Assembly: GCF_006345805.1 (NCBI RefSeq)
Contig: NC_043013.1
Coordinates: 43,524,001-43,588,000, forward strand
DNA from: Octopus sinensis
Lineage: Eukaryota
Length of the DNA stretch: 64,000 bases
Direction: 5' to 3'
In this document: positions 61,003 to 64,000 of the stretch, one piece after another
How the letters are laid out: each line of letters opens with the position of its first letter
How positions within the stretch are numbered: position 1 is the first letter of the stretch
The notes under the pieces: model-generated
Seen by the model: the letters and a program-made list of their open reading frames with translations, nothing else
Told to the model about the DNA's origin: nothing
Database searches by the model: none
Translations under genes and position numbers: made by a program

Positions 61003-61060
61003 GAGACAGACAGGCAGGCAGGCAGAGACAGACAGAAGGAGAGAGAGAGAGACACACATG
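60140..61060. repeat. (TG)n, (TA)n and (GA)n microsatellite tracts with intervening sequence
   Basis: Direct inspection. Confidence 0.8.
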
Positions 61061-61790
61061 CACAGATACATACAAGGACAAATAAAGATGTGTTAAATAC
61101 TATACAAGATAGGATCTTGATTTACTGAAATTATCCCTGCTCCCAGAAAAGGTAGAATAATCACTTAGTACAAATTGATATCAACTACAAATGAGAAAAA
61201 GAGATTGTCTCGAGAATAAAGAATTTCTCCAAAATTGACGTGCCAATAAGGAAAAGTATTTCATTATCTGGAGACAAGAAGATGACTGCAGATGAGAAAA
61301 TATGTTTCTGCCTTAATAAGCATCATCAGCATAGCAATTGTCCTCTCTTATCTTTAGCAGACAAGACACAGATATATATATAAAAAAAAAAAGGTAGTAC
61401 ACATCTATGGCCTAGGTACTTTACAAAACAGGAATAAAAATGAGCAAAGAGAAATATCCCTGAGTGGCCAGAGGCATGCCTTTCATTAGCATAGATGAGT
61501 ATAGTGTCTCAATAAATATAAACTTCTAACCCATACTAACAGGAAGAAATGGACGTAAAATAAAAAGCACACACACACATGTATAAAGATAATAAAACAT
61601 GAGGAGATGGAGAACAACAGGCTTTAGTAGTAGATCACAACATTTGTTTCAGCACTGCATACCAGCTCTTTAAGTGGTTGAGTTTGTATTCAAAAACCAT
61701 TATTCTTTATAATTATTATATAGTTGAATGCTGCACACCAATAACTGTGTGTGGGTGCTTCGTCATGGTGAAATGTGTGTGTGTGTGTGC

Positions 61791-61821
<31 letters not shown>

Positions 61822-62002
61822 TGTGTGTGTGTATTTATATATAGGTTGTATAGTGAAGTATGGTGAAGAATGGTGTATGAAGTTTTGTAGTGTGATGCAG
61901 AGAGCAGAGGTGTGTACTACTGAATACAGTACAATATTTTGCTGTATGACATCACCACAGTGTAATGTAGGGCACAGTGTTGTGTGGCATCGTATATTGT
62001 AT

Positions 62003-62860
62003 AAGGCGGCAAGCTGGCAGAAACGTTAGCACGCCGGGCGAAATGCGTAGCCGTATTTCGTCTGCCATTACGTTCTCAGTTCAAATTCCGCCGAGGTCGA
62101 CTTTGCCTTTCATCCTTTCGGGGTCACTAAATTAAGTACCAGTTATGCACTGGGGTCGATATAATCGACTTAATCCGTTTGTCCTTGTTTTTGTCCTCTC
62201 TGTGTTTAGCCCCTTGTGAGTCGTAAAGAAATAGGCATTTCGTCTGCCAAAGGCGGCGAGCTGGCAGAAACATTAGCACGCCAAGCGAAATGTGTAGCTG
62301 TATTTCGTCTGCCGTTACGTTCTGAGTTCAAATTCTGCCGAGGTCGACTTTGCCTTTCATCCTTTCGGGGTCGATAAATTAAGTACCAGTTATGTACTGG
62401 GGTCGATATAATCGACTTAATCTGTTTGTCTGTCTTTTGTTTGTCCTCTCTGTGCTTAGCCCCTTGTGGGTAGTAAAGAAATAGGTATTTCGTCTGTCGC
62501 TACGTTCTGAGTTTAAATTCCACCGAGGTCGACTTTGCCTTTCATCCTTTCGGGGTCGATAAATTAAGTACCAGTTATGTACTGGGGTCGATATAATCGA
62601 CTTAATCTGTTTGTCTGTCTTTTGTTTGTCCTCTCTGTGCTTAGCCCCTTGTGGGTAGTAAAGAAATAGGTATTTCGTCTGTCGCTACGTTCTGAGTTTA
62701 AATTCCACCGAGGTCGACTTTGCCTTTCATCCTTTCGGGGTCGATAAATTAAGTACCAGTTATGCACTGGGGTCGATATAATCGACTTAATCCGTTTGTC
62801 TGTCTTTTGTTTTTGTTCTCTCTGTGTTTAGCCCCTTGTGGGTAGTAAAGAAATAGGTAT
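62003..62860 (+). mobile_element. Head-to-tail tetramer of SINE-like family D; single copies at 27140-27300, 35233-35910, 43330-43540, 45130-45590 and 56995-57215
   Basis: Repeats of gagttcaaattccgccgaggtcgactttgcctttcatcc...; 10-bp flanking duplication tattgtataa. Confidence 0.8.
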
Positions 62861-62961
62861 TGTATAATGTAAAAAGTTTATTGTAGTTTGACAAGATTTA
62901 AATCATGTAACTGCTTAAGCCAAGCAAAGGAAAATACAAAGAACAGACAGCATAAACTTTT

Positions 62962-63190
62962 TTAACCCTTTAGCATTCAAACCGGCCATATCTGGCCAAA
63001 ATATTCAGCCTGTTTTATATTGAAACTGACCAGAGCTCGCCTCTCACCTCAGCCCTACCATGCTGTTCTAAAACTAAAAAAATCACATCACTGAAATCTC
63101 TAAACTACAAGATAATACATGATTAATTCAAAACAATATAAATAAACAAACATCACATTTGATAGAATAATCTGAACACTAAAGGGTTAA
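62962..63190 (+). mobile_element. Intact piggyBac-like MITE
   Basis: TTAA CCCTTTAGCATTCA ... TGAACACTAAAGGG TTAA: terminal inverted repeats plus TTAA target duplication. Confidence 0.75.
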
Positions 63191-63484
63191 CTTCCACTAT
63201 GACAACAACCTGAATGATAGCAGTGAGCGGCAGTGACAACAGCAATAATTTTCATGATGACAGCAAAAGGTTGATAATAATGACAACAAAAAAAAAAAAA
63301 ACATAATGATATTACCCAGATAATACAATGTTTAATGTGATAATATAACAACAAAAATAAGTTATATGACAGTGATGATAAAAGCTGTGACTGTGCTGAT
63401 TTGATATTCATGAATAAAATAACAATAATGATAAAATAAATCATCATCATGACAATAACAATGAAGATGACTATGATATTGTTT

Positions 63485-63870
63485 GTGGAAGCACTCCATC
63501 GGTTACGACGACGAGGGTTCCGGTTGATCCGATCAACGGAACAGCCTGCTCATGAAATTAACGTGTAAGTGGCTGAGCACTCCACAGACATGTGTACCCT
63601 TAACGTAGTTCTCGGGGATATTCAGCGTGACACAGAGAGTGACAAGGCCAGCCCTTTGAAGTACAGGTACAACAGACACAGGAAGTAAGAGTGAGAGAAA
63701 GTTGTGGTGAAAGAGTACAGCAGGGATCACCACCATCCCTGCCGGAGCCTCGTGGAGCTTCAGGTGTTTTTGCTCAATAAACACTCGTAACGCCCGGTCT
63801 GGGAATCGAAACCGCGATCCTACGACCGCGAGTCCGCTGCCCTAACCACTGGGCCATTGCGCCTCCAGAC
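63485..63870 (-). mobile_element. SINE family C (tRNA-like head tggcccagtggttagggcag); further copies at 31210-31490, 40997-41300 and 42620-42850
   Basis: A and B boxes; shared body. Confidence 0.75.
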
Positions 63871-63934
63871 TATGATATAACAATGATGATGATGAAGATG
63901 CCGTCGGTAGTAAGAGAAAGAAAGCAAACCTTAC

Positions 63935-63975
63935 CTTGTGTGACTGGTAAGTATTTGAATACACAGCCCTTCCGA
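63935..63975 (-). CDS. WDSUB1: WDSUB1 exon (WD40 region); gene continues beyond window end
   Basis: SEGLCIQILTSHTR; tttcag acceptor, AG|GTAAGG donor joins in frame to RYVTCC. Confidence 0.85.
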
Positions 63976-64000
63976 CTGAAATATGGAAGACAAACAATAT

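Overview
AT-rich, repeat-dense animal genomic DNA, very probably a coleoid cephalopod (Octopus-like; inferred from the repeat families, not proven). Four gene units. (1) A minus-strand coiled-coil gene, probably CEP70, with exons from about 19.8 kb running off the left edge. (2) FAIM on the plus strand, four coding exons at 23459-29540 (181 aa), head-to-head with gene 1. (3) A candidate unannotated minus-strand multi-exon gene at about 30-46 kb, inferred from phase-compatible GT-AG exons. (4) The 3' six exons of WDSUB1 (WD40-SAM-U-box) on the minus strand, 51856-63975. Mobile DNA includes a near-intact RTE-clade LINE (about 6150-11620) with a 606-bp tandem-monomer 5' region and many 5'-truncated copies of its 3' UTR, at least four tRNA-headed or SINE-like families, R4/Dong-type RLE fragments in (TAA)n tracts, and TTAA-flanked piggyBac-like MITEs, one expanded internally into a 3.4-kb 100-bp satellite. 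The most unexpected signal is two unrelated type I hammerhead-ribozyme folds (Penelope/retrozyme-like) in introns of gene 1: one in a ~480-490-bp tandem element with an inverted end (2671-3790), one in a 149-bp unit (4482-4645, duplicated at 5495-5655). Repeat boundaries are approximate; exon boundaries were read from the sequence.
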